Part shown: piece by piece, positions 1-12,065 of the stretch
Position numbering within the stretch: position 1 is the first letter of the stretch
How the letters are laid out: each line of letters opens with the position of its first letter
NCBI GenBank assembly: GCA_951406725.2
Contig: OX597832.1
Location: 6,448,001 to 6,512,000 of the forward strand
Direction: 5' to 3'
From: Octopus vulgaris
Taxonomy: Eukaryota
DNA length: 64,000 nucleotides
The notes under the pieces: model-generated
Seen by the model: only the letters and a program-made list of their open reading frames with translations
Database searches by the model: none
What the model was told of the DNA's origin: nothing
Position numbers and translations under genes: made by a program

Positions 1-411
1 ATATCATTGATATTGCTATTTTAATGTTGTTGATTTAAGTAGCAGATCTATTGCAGAAGATGGCTTATTTAACTTGTAGCTCTAATACAATGAATATGCA
101 ATGTCTAGTATTGCAGTCTTAGTTACAGCTCATCAGTATTAATTATTGATATATGAGGGACTTACTGCTTTAAACTATGTATTTGAATATCCCTGCTTTA
201 AAAAACTGGGAGGAGTTTGCTAAGAGTACTGCATTGAACAAATTCAGTGACTGCCTGAAGTTTTCTCCCTGAGCATTCATTGTTTTAAGATTGTTAACGA
301 GTTGTGCTTGCATAGTAAATTATTTTTATAAGTTTTTCCTTCCTTTATATTTTTATGTGTTTTACAAAATTTAAATAATGTGGTTCTTACTGGTGCCTTT
401 TTTTTTAAAAG

Positions 412-483
412 TGGTTTGGCTTCTACAAACCTGGTCAAGACAAAGAAATTTACCCAATGGAAGAAAGTCCTTTATACAAAGAG
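412..483 (+). CDS. PPT1: Palmitoyl-protein thioesterase 1, penultimate coding exon (gene begins upstream of window)
   Basis: Polypyrimidine tract and AG at 410-411, then a 72-nt phase-0 exon WFGFYKPGQDKEIYPMEESPLYKE, then a GTAAGT donor at 484. Matches the PPT1 C-terminal WFGFY..GQ.KE..PL.E..LY motif. Confidence 0.9.
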
Positions 484-1305
484 GTAAGTGGATTTAATTT
501 TTATAAATCACACTTAGCATCAAACTGACTATTCTTTTGAAAATATTTCAATTATTCTAAGTAACTGTAACATCTCTATTATCTAATTTTTATAGTTTTA
601 ATTCTGTTTCACCATTAAACAAAGTAATGTTGCTATTGTTTAGCTCTACATCAGCCTTGACGAAGCTGACCTATGGTCAGAGGCAGTCCAACTATGACCA
701 TCCCATCTTTTTTTTGTAATACTAAGGCTGCATTGTCTAATGTGTCCTGTCTTTTTCAAGGTAATAGGGTATAATTTAGCTATTTCTAGCAAGTCCTGCT
801 GCATAGAGCAGTGTTTCACAAAATGAATTCCAAAGAAACACTGAGATTCCATGCAAAATTTCTGGAATTCTAAGAGATAAGTTTTGATAAGATTTAATAA
901 AAATATATTTTGTAAAAAAATATTCACTATTTTCAGACTACTTTTTATGTGATTAATTTCTCTCTTAAATAACTGTTGTTTCATTTAATGTCTTATTAAA
1001 ATTAGAGTGGCAGGGCTTGTCTGTAAAGTATAGGTATGTGTTCTCTGATTTTTGGAAAAATGTATAGGAGTTCCACAATAAAGTAAGTTAGTCACTAGCA
1101 TTGAGGCTCAAAGTAATATAATACAAGTGAAAATAATTTTTTATAATATCGAAGTTATTTCCCCTGAAATAATTTCAGTCCACTTATAATTCACAATCTA
1201 TCAATATTTAACATAAATATATTAAATGAGTGTTAAACTAATGAAATATTTAGGTTTCTAAAATTGTTGAATAATTTATAACTCTATATTAATTGAAATT
1301 TTCAG

Positions 1306-1431
1306 GATCTACTTGGACTGAAGACACTCAATAAAACTGGACGCCTGCATTTATTAAGTTACCCTTCAGACCATCTGCGATTCACTCTCTCTTGGTTCAA
1401 TGAAACTATAGTTCAAAAGTACCTGAAATAA
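1306..1431 (+). CDS. PPT1: Palmitoyl-protein thioesterase 1, last coding exon
   Basis: TTTTCAG acceptor, then in-frame DLLGLKTLNKTGRLHLLSYPSDHLRFTLSWFNETIVQKYLK-TAA. Contains the DHL motif with the catalytic His. AATAAA at about 1612 and 1630. Confidence 0.9.
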   Translation, partial: DLLGLKTLNKTGRLHLLSYPSDHLRFTLSWFNETIVQKYLK

Positions 1432-1792
1432 ATTTGATCATTCAAAAATTTTAATTTTCCTCTTCCTATAGGAAGTCAAATATTTTCCACAATAACTATG
1501 TTTTTTTTTTTTTGTTTTTTTATGTGACATCTACAGAAAAAAGGATGCTATATATTTTGATGAATAGTTAAAAATTTCACATTTTTATCCTCATTATTGA
1601 AAATGTTTATAAATAAAACAAAAGCATGAAATAAAAAATATTTTTCTTTAAGTAATTTGATTTCAGTCATATATCAGTGTTATTGCTTTTTTATAACTCA
1701 TTGAGATCTATTTGAACAGTGTTATAGATTGGAAGTGACAGTATGAAGAGTCACTAGGTCTTCACTTCTAGTCAAAATCATCCTATCTTCTT

Positions 1793-1977
1793 TCATCATC
1801 ATCATCATCATCATTTAGCGTCCGTTTTCCATGCTAGCATGGGTTGGACGGTTCAACTGGGGTCTGTGAAGCCAGAAAGCTGCATCAGGCCCAGTCTGAT
1901 CTGGCAGTGTTTCTACGGCTGGATGCCCTTCCTAACGCCAACCACTCCGCGAGTGTAGTGGGTGCTTTTTACATGCC
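1793..1977 (-). mobile_element. RTE-type 3' tail fragment (SINE or truncated LINE) with (GAT)n tail
   Basis: Near-identical to the 3' UTR of the RTE LINE at 38360-38590, including ggatgcccttcctaacgccaac and the (cat)n terminus. Confidence 0.75.
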
Positions 1978-3714
1978 TTTATTGGGAAATATGCTAGCAT
2001 TGAAAACAAACGTTAAATGATGATGATAATGTGACAATATGAAAATATAATTTTTATCTTAACCATCTTTTAATGGTAATCTGGTATTTGTGAAAGGAAA
2101 TATGGCTGCATTTTGTATGGATAATTTCAGTTGATCAAAGTTTTTCAAAGCATTCAGTCATAGAAAACATGTCAAAGCTGACACTGGAACTCAGTGCAGT
2201 CCTGCAGCTTACCAGATCCTGTTAAACCATGGAAAATGAATGCTAAATGCCAATAATGATGGTGGTATGTTACATATGTGAGACCCTAATGACTATATCT
2301 AGTCTGCGCAAAGTTCATCTGAGGTGCTTTTCCTCACTTATATTGCTCATATTCATAATCAGTATTGCTACATTCTCTCAATATATCCATCATTCTTTCT
2401 ATCTATGTATCTATATACTTATCACTTTTAAGTTTTGCTTGCTGAGTAGCATTTCCATTGATGTGGCAGTCTAATAAGATTGAAACAACTAGTGTTTTCA
2501 CCACTGGAATAAAGCCAAGATTCACTCATCAATTGTTATTCTTATTGGAGTTATCCTTCCTGCTTGCTTTTATTCTTTCACTAATTACACAGATAATCTC
2601 AGGTAATCAAGTTTTTATATCCATATATCATGAGAGACTCTGCAATACATTTACTATACAAAATTTTTGTTGTCAAATAAGTTTTTTTTTATGTTATTTA
2701 CTGCAGTATATAAAAATATATTTTTAATGTTTATACATTTTCATTGATTAAAAATATTTCTAAATGTGAAAGTTTCTTTCTTATTTATTTATATTTTTCA
2801 GCATAGCATTTACATCATTCTAGTTTGTTGTTTTTAAAAATTAGAAATCTGTCTTTAATAGTAGATACCTGCTCTACAGCTAACTATTCAAGTGTAGGGT
2901 TTTTTTTAATATTAGGTGGTGTTTTTTTGGTGGGGGCGGTTTAGCTTAGTCAGGAGGAAATAGGATTGGATACACAATCTTCACAAGTCTTCAGAAGCTA
3001 GAGAGAGTAATGTATTTTAGGTTCAGCTTAAATATCTGTAAATTGACATCTGTTGGAAATATGTTAGTAGAGAGAGAATTCCAGTGGATTGACATTCAAC
3101 AAAGGAAAGATTTGAACAGGTGATAAGAGGGAAGATGGATAGGCCTGGGTAGAGGTGGTAAGCCCCATGTTCTAAAGAACAATGGTCATTGTAGTAGGAG
3201 ACAGGGTAAGGTTGAGGTATTGATGACCAATATTTAGCCAGTCAGATATGGCTCCTGCTGCAAACTTTTAAATGTTTTGCGGAGGTAAAGAATGTGTACA
3301 CCACCCATTTTTGGTGGGTTTTTTTTTTTTTTTTTTTATTGCTATGCTTTCGATATAGAATGCAATTTTGCCCAAATATCACAATTTTGGGAATTCAGAA
3401 AAGTATGTACAAATAACTTCTTTTGCACACACACATACTCTCAGTAAAACCTAAGTATGAATTATAAAACTACAGCTCAACGTCAACTGAAATGACCTTT
3501 TTTTTTATATTTTGTAATTTGTATTTGCAATAAGAATATTTAGAAACTTTATCCCCCCAATCACCACCTTATTTTTTTTCAAAAATTCCTCCGGGTTCCT
3601 GTTTTCAACATAGGAGATCAGGATTTTGCCCAAAAAACACTTTTTCAAAATTTTAATAACCCTAACCCTAAATTTTTTATTTTTAACTTTTATCGAAATT
3701 TTTCTTTTAATCCA

Positions 3715-4216
3715 AAATAGAGATTACAAATCTTTAAGAATTTGCTTTTTCATTTTTCTTAAAGAAACACTCAAATCCCCTTCCCCAACCTCCACCCGTC
3801 AACTCCGATGTTTTAACTCAGAAAAATAAAAACTCAGAATGTTTCTTTCCACTGATGAAATAGCAGACGTCAAAAATATCAGACCACCACCAGAAATCCT
3901 GACATGCTTGAAACAATAGCTAAACGACATTAGTTCTGGAAAAACTTCCGGCTTTCAAAAACACTGAAGTGTTTTTGAAAGCCGGGAAGTTTTTCCAGAA
4001 CTAATGTCGTTTAGCTATTGTTTCAAGCATGTTAGGATTTCTGGTGGTGGTCTGATATTTTTGACGTCTGCTATTTCATCAGTGGAAAGAAACATTCTGA
4101 GTTTTTATTTTTTTAATGCAGGGAGGTGATGGGTGGGGGGTGGAAGGAACATTGAGTGTTTCTTAAAGAAAAATTAAAAGTTAAAGAAACAAAATTTCCC
4201 AGATTCATAATCTCTG
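3715..4216. repeat. Foldback / MITE-like palindrome with about 145-bp near-perfect inner arms
   Basis: 3822-3965 is the reverse complement of 3968-4112 around a 2-nt loop. More diverged outer arms extend to about 3715 and 4216. Confidence 0.85.
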
Positions 4217-4599
4217 TATTTTTCTACATGGGAGAGAGAGAGAAAGAGTCATAGTGAGAAGGAGAGGAGAGAGAGAGAGTGGCAATAGAAAGTGTGTGTG
4301 TATATTATAGTTCTGCTTGTTCCTTCTTTAGTTAATTAGTTCGTCCATCCGTTACACTCTTCATATAATATATAGAGAGGTAGTGAGAGAGAAAGAGTCA
4401 GAGTGAGAAGGAGAGAGAGTGGGGATAGAAAGTGTGAGTGTGTGTGAATGTGTGACATTCTGTGTGTATTTATTGATTGATAGATAGACAGACACACATA
4501 TCTCTACATAGTTAATCCAAACATGAAAGCACAAAAAAACACAACAACGCGAGGACGTGGAACAAATATAGTATTATTGGACGCTCAGGAAAGAAGAGG

Positions 4600-4634
4600 G
4601 TTTAACGTTTCGAGCAGAGCTCTTCGTCGGAAAC
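4600..4634 (-). ncRNA. Minimal hammerhead ribozyme motif (Penelope-type, U4C variant)
   Basis: Minus strand reads gttt-CCGACGA-a-gagc-tct-gctc-GAAA-cg-TT-aaac: stem I gttt/aaac, stem II gagc/gctc, and a palindromic CG in place of stem III. Homologous copy at 42054. Confidence 0.55.
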
Positions 4635-5199
4635 ATAGGAGAAGGGAAGTCAGAGGAAAAAAAAATCACCAACAGTACACACACGGTCACATTTTGAATC
4701 TACATGTATAGATATATGTAAACTGTAAATCAGGGATGGGATGTTTATTTATATATCTAATGAAACAAATTTTGAAATTAAAATCAAATGTTGTGCAAAC
4801 ATAATCTGCTTCAGACAAATATATTTATCTAATAAAATAAATGAATAAAACAAATTTTGAAATTGAAATAAAATTTTACTCAAAATGTGGAGGGGTTTTT
4901 TTATCGCAAGTGCCACCAACTTGTGTGGTTGTCATGGTAACAAGTTGTTAATGCCTTGCTGTCTGTTGATGGGCTAAAACTACCCAAGTTTTCAAACTTT
5001 AATTCTAAATAACATCAGATTCTTAATGTACGAGATAACATAATTACCTGAGAATAATCAAAATTCAGAACTGCATCAAATTGAAAACAATTTGAGCAAA
5101 ATTAAAGGGAGCTGGTTTTTGTGAGTAAAACACAGAAGATCCAAATTGCCTATAACTGTCCTCATGAACAGGCAACACAGGATGGATGCACCTCAAAAT

Positions 5200-6505
5200 T
5201 CTGAGTGTTCCCCTGTTACTATGAGAAAAATAAGTGATGTTATCCACCAAATGAATCCTTATGCAAAATTGTACAAGAAATGTATGCAATTGAACAACAA
5301 GAAGAGGAGAGAGCCAGAAGAGACAATGTGCCAATATGGAGATGTAAGTTACACTTCAGGAAAGGGTTCGATATCAGGTGCTACAATTTCCCCACTAGCA
5401 ATGAAATAGCAGTAGAAAATGGTGCCCCTTCTGAAAAAAGAGACATTATTGTGTATCCCAGAGATGCTCCACCTAAAAAATATCTTACACGTCATGCCAC
5501 TTTGACCCTATGGGCTACCCAATTCTGTTTCTCCATGGGGAATTTGGATGGCACTGTGAGATGCAACATGTCAAGGAACACTGGGCACTTATGCATAACT
5601 GTCTGACAATACAAGAATACTACAGTTATCGTCTTGCATTCAGAGGTGGGTTTAATGTTATTCACAGGGCTGGAAAATTATTTCAACAGTATGTGGTGGA
5701 TGCATATGTCAAGGCAAGGTTGAAGGTTGCAGGTTGCAACATCATAGAAACAGTCAGACCCAGTTGCGAGTGGAAAGGTGCAACAAACTGATGGACTATT
5801 TGAACACAGGAGCAGATGAAAATATTGAACCAGGAGTGCCAGTGATACTGCCTTCCTCATTCACAGGCAATCCAAGGAATATGCACCAATATAAAATTTT
5901 ACTCAAAATGTGGAGGGTTTTTTTTATCGCAAGTGCCACCAACTTGTGTGGTTATCAATTGTTTCAAAATATCCTAAGTCAGACTTGTTCATCACTTACA
6001 CCTGCAACCCAAAGTACCCTGAGATAGTTGGTAATCTACAGCAAAATAGGCCAAATTTAGTTGCCCGAATGTACAAGTCACACCTTGCAGAATTTATGAA
6101 GGACATAAGGGATAGAAACATTTCTGGAACACCAGTGGCTCATGTCCATGTCATTGAGTTTCAGAAGAGATGTCTTCCCCACTGTCACATGTTGGTAGTG
6201 TTGAGAAATGAGAACAAACTCAGAAACAGTAATGACATAGATAGGATCATGACAGCTGAAATTCCTGATGCCAATGATAATCCAGTCTTGCATGATTTAG
6301 TAAAAAAATGCATGATACATGGTCCTTGAAGAACAGATAATTCTTCTTCTCCTTGCATGGAAAATGGAAAATGTCAAAAGAAATTCCCAAAGAACTACAA
6401 GGATGAAATGCTTCTGAATTTGAATAACTATCCAAAGTACAAAAGACACAATACTGGAGTCAAAGTTCAAGTTGGACGTCACTCAGTTGACAATAGGAAC
6501 GTTGT
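5200..6505 (+). mobile_element. Helitron Rep/helicase fragment, pseudogenised
   Basis: Frameshifted motifs YPILFLHGEFGWH, YYSYRL, GKLFQQYVVDAYVK, ILPSSFTGNPRNM, DLFITYTCNP, VIEFQKRCLPHCHML (HUH), CMIHGP, YPKYKR, VDNRNVV. Confidence 0.9.
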
Positions 6506-8860
6506 GACCCTAACAAAATAAGAAGCCAAATACATGATATAAAATACAGTGCTTAAAGGAATAAATGAGGACGACAACCGTTCTACTGTTTGAGAGAGAA
6601 GAAAACTTTATTTACAATAGTGTACAATGAGAGCGTGTGAGTGCTAGCAAGTGTAGTGTTTTGATGCATGCGCATAGGTGTTTGTGTCTGTGTATTCGTG
6701 TGTGCGACAGAAGGTGTATGCGTATAAAACAGAATACAGAGCATAAGATCAGCATATTGAGTTAAGATGGAACTAGTTTACCAGTTCGTAAGTGAGGTAC
6801 ACAATAGCAATAGTTCTGTAACAAGATGTTGGAGTCACAAGGCAGAACACATGTCGTGTAGCGGTTGTGGCTTCAATGCCATGCTGAGTCTCTTGATACA
6901 GGAAGTTCTTTCAGGTAGACTGGACTGTTTACCTCGGTGAAATATTCTCAACGGTGTGGAGTTTAAACATGGACAAGTGGTGTGTACATATTTGAAGTTG
7001 ACGGTGGTGGAGACGTCCTAAGCTGCTGGTGTATATTAGTGTCGTCATGGTTGGCTGACTGGTCATCTGTCGCTAGAACTGGAACATGGCTGAGTCGCTC
7101 GGTGTTACAGGAACGTGGTTGAGTAGCTCTGTGGTCAGTGACTAGACCTTAGAAGGTCTAGAGCCAAAAGACCTTGATTTTTTATTATCCATAAGGACAT
7201 ACATAGAATGGACGATACAATCACGGGTGGTTTTACATTTACAGCGCAATTTGGGGTCGATAAAAATTTAACATGATTTTATATAAAGCAAATGGATAAA
7301 CAATACAATGGACATTTTTAAAACAAATTGAGTGGGGCGGGTTTACGGACCCCACTGACCTCGGTTTTTTGGCTTATCTCGCATCCACGAGAGACCTTTT
7401 ATACACGACTTTCTTCCATCTTTCATCAAACACTTTCTTACTCAGGCATCTCCTCCCCAGCCCTATTTGTCTCTTTAGGTGAAATATAAAAAAATTCCAC
7501 CAAACCAGGACCAGAGATGAAGTTGCCTGACATCAACCCTCTCATCCTTGTCTTCCATACTACCTGTTTCGCAACTGCTACCACAGATAGAAAACAATTC
7601 TTACCTTCTTTCGTTAAGAAATCCGGCGGGTCAATTTTCACTATGGATTCAGTCGATAGCTGTGCTCCTCCTCCACCTGACAACAGTTGTTCGGCACAAA
7701 CCCACATGTCTGACACCTCCGGACTCTGCACAATCGCGTGCGAGACGGTTTCCCTGCCACGCCCACATTTTGGACAGATCGGGGTGTCGTGGCCACCATG
7801 CCTTGAGAGTTTATCCCAAACAGGTAAGGCACCTCGGTAACACTGCCATGCCAAGGGCTTCTGAAAATTATCCAGGGTCCTCGGCTCGAATGTACGTTGG
7901 AACAATCTGGCCAGCTGATTATCATCGAAACCTAGGGTCTCCCCTAATGTATCATCGCAACCAGCCTCTACAAACCCTCTATAGAAAACAGTGGTAGAAC
8001 CACTGCCGCAGGCATTGCCCGAGCGACGGAAGAGTCGGAGTGCCTTCTGGTACTCCGTGTACCACATACCCAACTTCGATCTACGATTATACCAGGCTTC
8101 CCGTCCACCGAAACTGGTGAACCTGGGAAACATGTGTTTCGCCATCGGAGACCACACCCGTTCACCATCCAGGTAGAGCCACAGATGCCTTAACCTCAGC
8201 GCATTTCTGCGCAACATTAGCCGCAGCATCTCTAGTCCACCCTTAAACAGTCGTTGACAACAAACAGAGCGTTTCACAAGTGGTTTCGAGCTCTTCCACA
8301 GGAAGCGGAAGAGCTGTCTTTCCAGCTTGGACAAGGCACGACGGCAAGGCGGTAGGTGATCACCGATGCGATAAACAGATTGGCTACCACCGCCCTACCT
8401 TTCAGGGATAACTACCGCCAAGACCAGGTCTTGATTGCGTGGGTCACCCTGCTCTGGTCCGAACCAAACCCCGAGCAACTTAATTGGACCCTCCGTCCAA
8501 CGTCCCACGACGCTGTTTGGAGGCATCGACTTGCCTCTTCAGGTGCCGAGTTGCAAGCCGACTGACTTTTCGCGATTAACGTTTGCTCCTGCACCGTTTC
8601 GTAAGCCAAAGGACCTGGAATAGTGAATGCTGGTGCCTTATAAAGCCTGGGGTAGGCTCAAAAGAAGTAGACCTTATCCGAAGGCTGTGATTGGTTGGCT
8701 TACACACTGGCACGAAATAAGTCAAAAGACAAACTGCGCCAAATGCCAACCAATCAGAGCAGTGGACCAACAGGGTCAAACTAGCCAAAGATGGTTGTTA
8801 TCTAGCACGAAATCATTTCTAATATATCTCTCAAACAGTGAGGATATCAGCTATGCTACA
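6503..8860 (-). mobile_element. Probable solo LTR, split by an L1/Tx1 insertion
   Basis: Begins TGTAGC and ends GTCACA on the minus strand, with CCAAT, TATA-like and AATAAA motifs in the expected order. No target-site duplication found, so the call is tentative. Confidence 0.4.
7178..8603 (-). mobile_element. L1/Tx1-clade LINE, 5'-truncated ORF2 C-terminus
   Basis: NREKS...KLLGVWFG, LSLKGR, FRFLWK, KGGL and degenerate zinc knuckle CPKC..ETVSHAI. A-rich tail at 7178-7187. Degenerate 16-bp TSD: agccaaaagaccttga (7162-7177) and agccaaaggacctgga (8604-8619). Confidence 0.85.
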
Positions 8861-9299
8861 TATATGTATAATAGTCGAATAGCTATAGAGAATCTTCGGA
8901 ATGTGATTAACAATTATATGCGTATTGCATTTCCAATGTAAGGAAACTATATGAAGTCATCTTATTTAAATAAACTTTATCTTTTTTTTCGTGACTTGGC
9001 TTTCTGGTTATCTATTATTAACTACATAGTTTTGAACTAGTTTAAAACGAGAGCCAAAATCACATGATAAAGAAAATATAACATTCGTTTTATTGGATTG
9101 TGTTTATCTTAAACTTTATGCATTTCACTTTGTTTACTTCACTACAGACAACTTCAGTACAGACTACGACTACTTAAAGTAGGACTCATGTGAGTATAGT
9201 TAATTTTGTTTTTATATGCAAAATTGTGTGTGTGTGTGTGTGTTATTTAGTTGTATTTCTGGAGTTGATGTTATGCATTTATATATATGTATGTAGCAA

Positions 9300-9530
9300 A
9301 AAGCTGGTAGGTTGACACGTCGGATGAAATGCTTAGCGGAATTTCTCACCAACTTTACCTTCCATCCTTTCGGGGAATCGATACAATAAAGTACCAATCA
9401 AATATTGAGGTCGATGTAATTGACTAACATTCCATTCCCCTCCAAAATTGCTGTCCTTGTGCCAAAATTTGAAAAAATAAGGTGGCAAGCTGGCAGAATT
9501 GTTAGCACGCCGAACAAACTGCTTAGCGGC
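9300..9530 (+). mobile_element. Meta-domain tRNA-derived SINE (one degenerate copy plus a partial head)
   Basis: ggcaagctggcagaattgttagcac head and ccttccatcctttcgggg..cgata..taaagtacca core, shared with copies at 16198, 34936, 48060 and 53300. Confidence 0.7.
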
Positions 9531-10199
9531 AAATGTTTTTTCTTTGGGATGTCTTTGAGTATTTTCCTGTATAGAATTAAAGCCGGACACTAACAAAGTA
9601 GCAAGGCTCTTTTGTTTCAGGCAAACAGCTCATGGTGTTTCTGAATTTGTTAACTTGGCTAGTCTAAATACCTATGTGCATCTGTCGATATACATATACT
9701 CCTGTAGTGGATGTACAAGTTACTTTAGTATACGTGTTATACGTGTGTGTGTGTGTGTGTGTGTGTGTGTACATTACTGTGTTTGCATATGTAAATGTGA
9801 CTGTATGTTCAGCCAGGGAACTTCAAAAGGAAAATTTCTGCAAAGTGTCACAGATTTTCACTGTACCACTACTCTATTGCATTTGGCGAACGCGAATGTT
9901 TGCTTTGTTTTCTTTCTTGGGAACTCCAGCATTTCAATTTTTTTAATGCAAATCTATCTGTTGTTACGTGACCCAGTACACTTAAGAAATAGATACAAAT
10001 AAAAGTCTGTAGCCTTGATATGAGAGCCGTAAGATTCACATTAATTTGCCATAAATGCCTTTTTTTTTTCTCTTGAAACATTCACTTCCACCAGACAAGT
10101 TGATCTCTGCAACAATGCATAACTTTTGGTCCCTGTACCCTAAAACAATATTTGGTCTATTTTACTTACACAGAGTTGCTGTTTTTATCAAAATGTTTT

Positions 10200-11355
10200 A
10201 TCAGTAATTGTTAATAATAAAGCTGTAAATATAATCTGGTTCTACTGTGCCTTTGTGTGGTCATCAGAACAATCCTTCCTGCGTATAATATTGGAGGTGG
10301 TTTTAGCGACAATGTAATAACTCTTGGGAAGCTAATATCTTGCAGACATTTTTGCTGCTTATGTTAGGTGTGATATCTTCTACTCTGGGAAGGATCAACC
10401 GACATTTTTCTATCACAACACAGAGGTCTAAGGGTATCCTTGTCTCTCTCGTTCAGTTATTTAGAAGCTGTCTCCTGTTCCTGGCTGACCTCGAAAATGT
10501 GAAAGGTCTAGAAAAGACTGCTATTCTTGTCGTTGTTGTTGGTAATCTCCAACTTGAGATATATGTACCCTTGCATAACTTTCTACGGGTATGATGAGAA
10601 TTTCTCTTTTGGGTCTGTTTAAGGAGAACAAAGCAGTCACCCTTGGCTTACATGGGACGATTGAATTATCAGAGAACCTATTCAGAAGTTCCTTGCCTAT
10701 CATGATGTTATTACTTTCGCTGTTAAGTATACATATATTGTTTTCATTTCTTTTTTTTACTGTTCAGTAGATGTTGTCTAAGTGATGTGATGCGGCACTC
10801 AAAGATCATTTGGAGCGACCTTTTGCCTTTGACTCCATCCTTCCGTTTAATATAGATCTTGTTAGTGTCACTGTCGATGTGGCAGTTACTGATAGTTATC
10901 AAGTTGCAGAGTTCTTCGAGTGTTTAGTCCAGTATCTCAAACGTTGAATGTAGCATGACACAAGAAAAGCATTGTAAGATGTACTTTATTGAATGCAGAT
11001 AGCTCTGATTTCTATACCTAATGAAGTTTGTTGAAGCATTCTTTTTTCCCCTCCAGCTTTACTCACAGCACCAACATATGCAATCTCGTCAATTCCAAAG
11101 TGTTTGTAACATTAATAATTAGAGATGGCGGTAATAGACAGACCATTGGTATCCCTACCCCTCGTCTAGTCAACAGTCTCGCTGCGTTTATTTACCAAAC
11201 ATGAAAGTTTATCTTGACCAAACTCTATTCCTATGTCATCTGAAAACATTGTGACCAGTTCTAAGTCTCTCTTGCTGTCCGGAATATAACCCAAATAGAG
11301 CTTAAGTTCGTCAGCAAAAAGGATGTAGGTAATATCATATCGTGTATTCATTAAA
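10200..11355 (-). mobile_element. R4/Dong-like non-LTR retrotransposon RT fragment, decayed
   Basis: ILFADELKLY, DIGIEFGQDK, FECRITSLRQHL and QEQE motifs, parallel to the copy at 44320-45940. Confidence 0.7.
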
Positions 11356-11702
11356 GATAAGCTGTCTCACATGAACATTCTTGTTGATAACCTAATTTTG
11401 TTAGATACGAAAGAAGTCACTTTAGTTTTTATCGATAGTTCTGTGGATCTTTTGCTGACTCTTAAAGGCAAAGAGTATAGCAGTTGGAATTTTGGCAAAG
11501 TGTTATCACTCTAGTATCCAAAAGTGAAAGACAGAGTTAAACGCCATAAAGTCAGTAAATTTCAGCAATGCTGCTTCGCTTTTCATCCAGTGTGCTAATG
11601 ATTCTGCCAGCTCTCCGCCTTAAATAAAGCTATAAATAATAGCAGGTAAATCTTAGGTTGAAAAACACTTTTATAAGAATCTAAGGCTGCCCGTATATAT
11701 AT

Positions 11703-12056
11703 TACCAACCACATAGTTCCAGGTTCAGTCCCACTGCGTGACACCTTGGGCAAGTTTCTTCTACTATAACTTCGGGCCAACCAAAGTCTTGTGAGTGGAT
11801 TTGGTAGCCGGAAACTGAAAGAAGCCAGTCGTATATATGTATATATGTGTGTGTATGTGTGTGTATTTGTGTGTCTGTGTTTGTCCCCCACCCCACCCAA
11901 CATCGCTTGACAACTGATGCTGGTGTGTTTACGTCCCCGTAACTTAGCAAAAGAAAAAGATAGAACAAGTACTAGGCTTACAAAGAATAAGTCTTGGGGT
12001 CAATTTGCTCGACTAAAGGCGGTGCTCCAGCATGGCCACAGTCAAATGACTGAAGC
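11703..12056 (+). mobile_element. CORE-type SINE with internal microsatellite
   Basis: B-box-like ggttcagtccc, core accttgggcaagt, ggaaactgaaagaagcc, and tail ending catggccacagtcaaatgactgaa. Confidence 0.75.
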
Positions 12057-12065
12057 AGTGTATAT

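Noticed and set aside
646-3829. Short ORFs in the PPT1 intron and 3' flank, and similar ORFs in 54000-63000
   Set aside because: No recognisable domains or splice context; expected by chance in AT-rich DNA.
3850-3875. CTGATGA motifs at about 130 (minus), 3852, 34803, 44414 and 60185
   Set aside because: No correctly placed GAAA, UH and stems; two lie within RT coding remnants.
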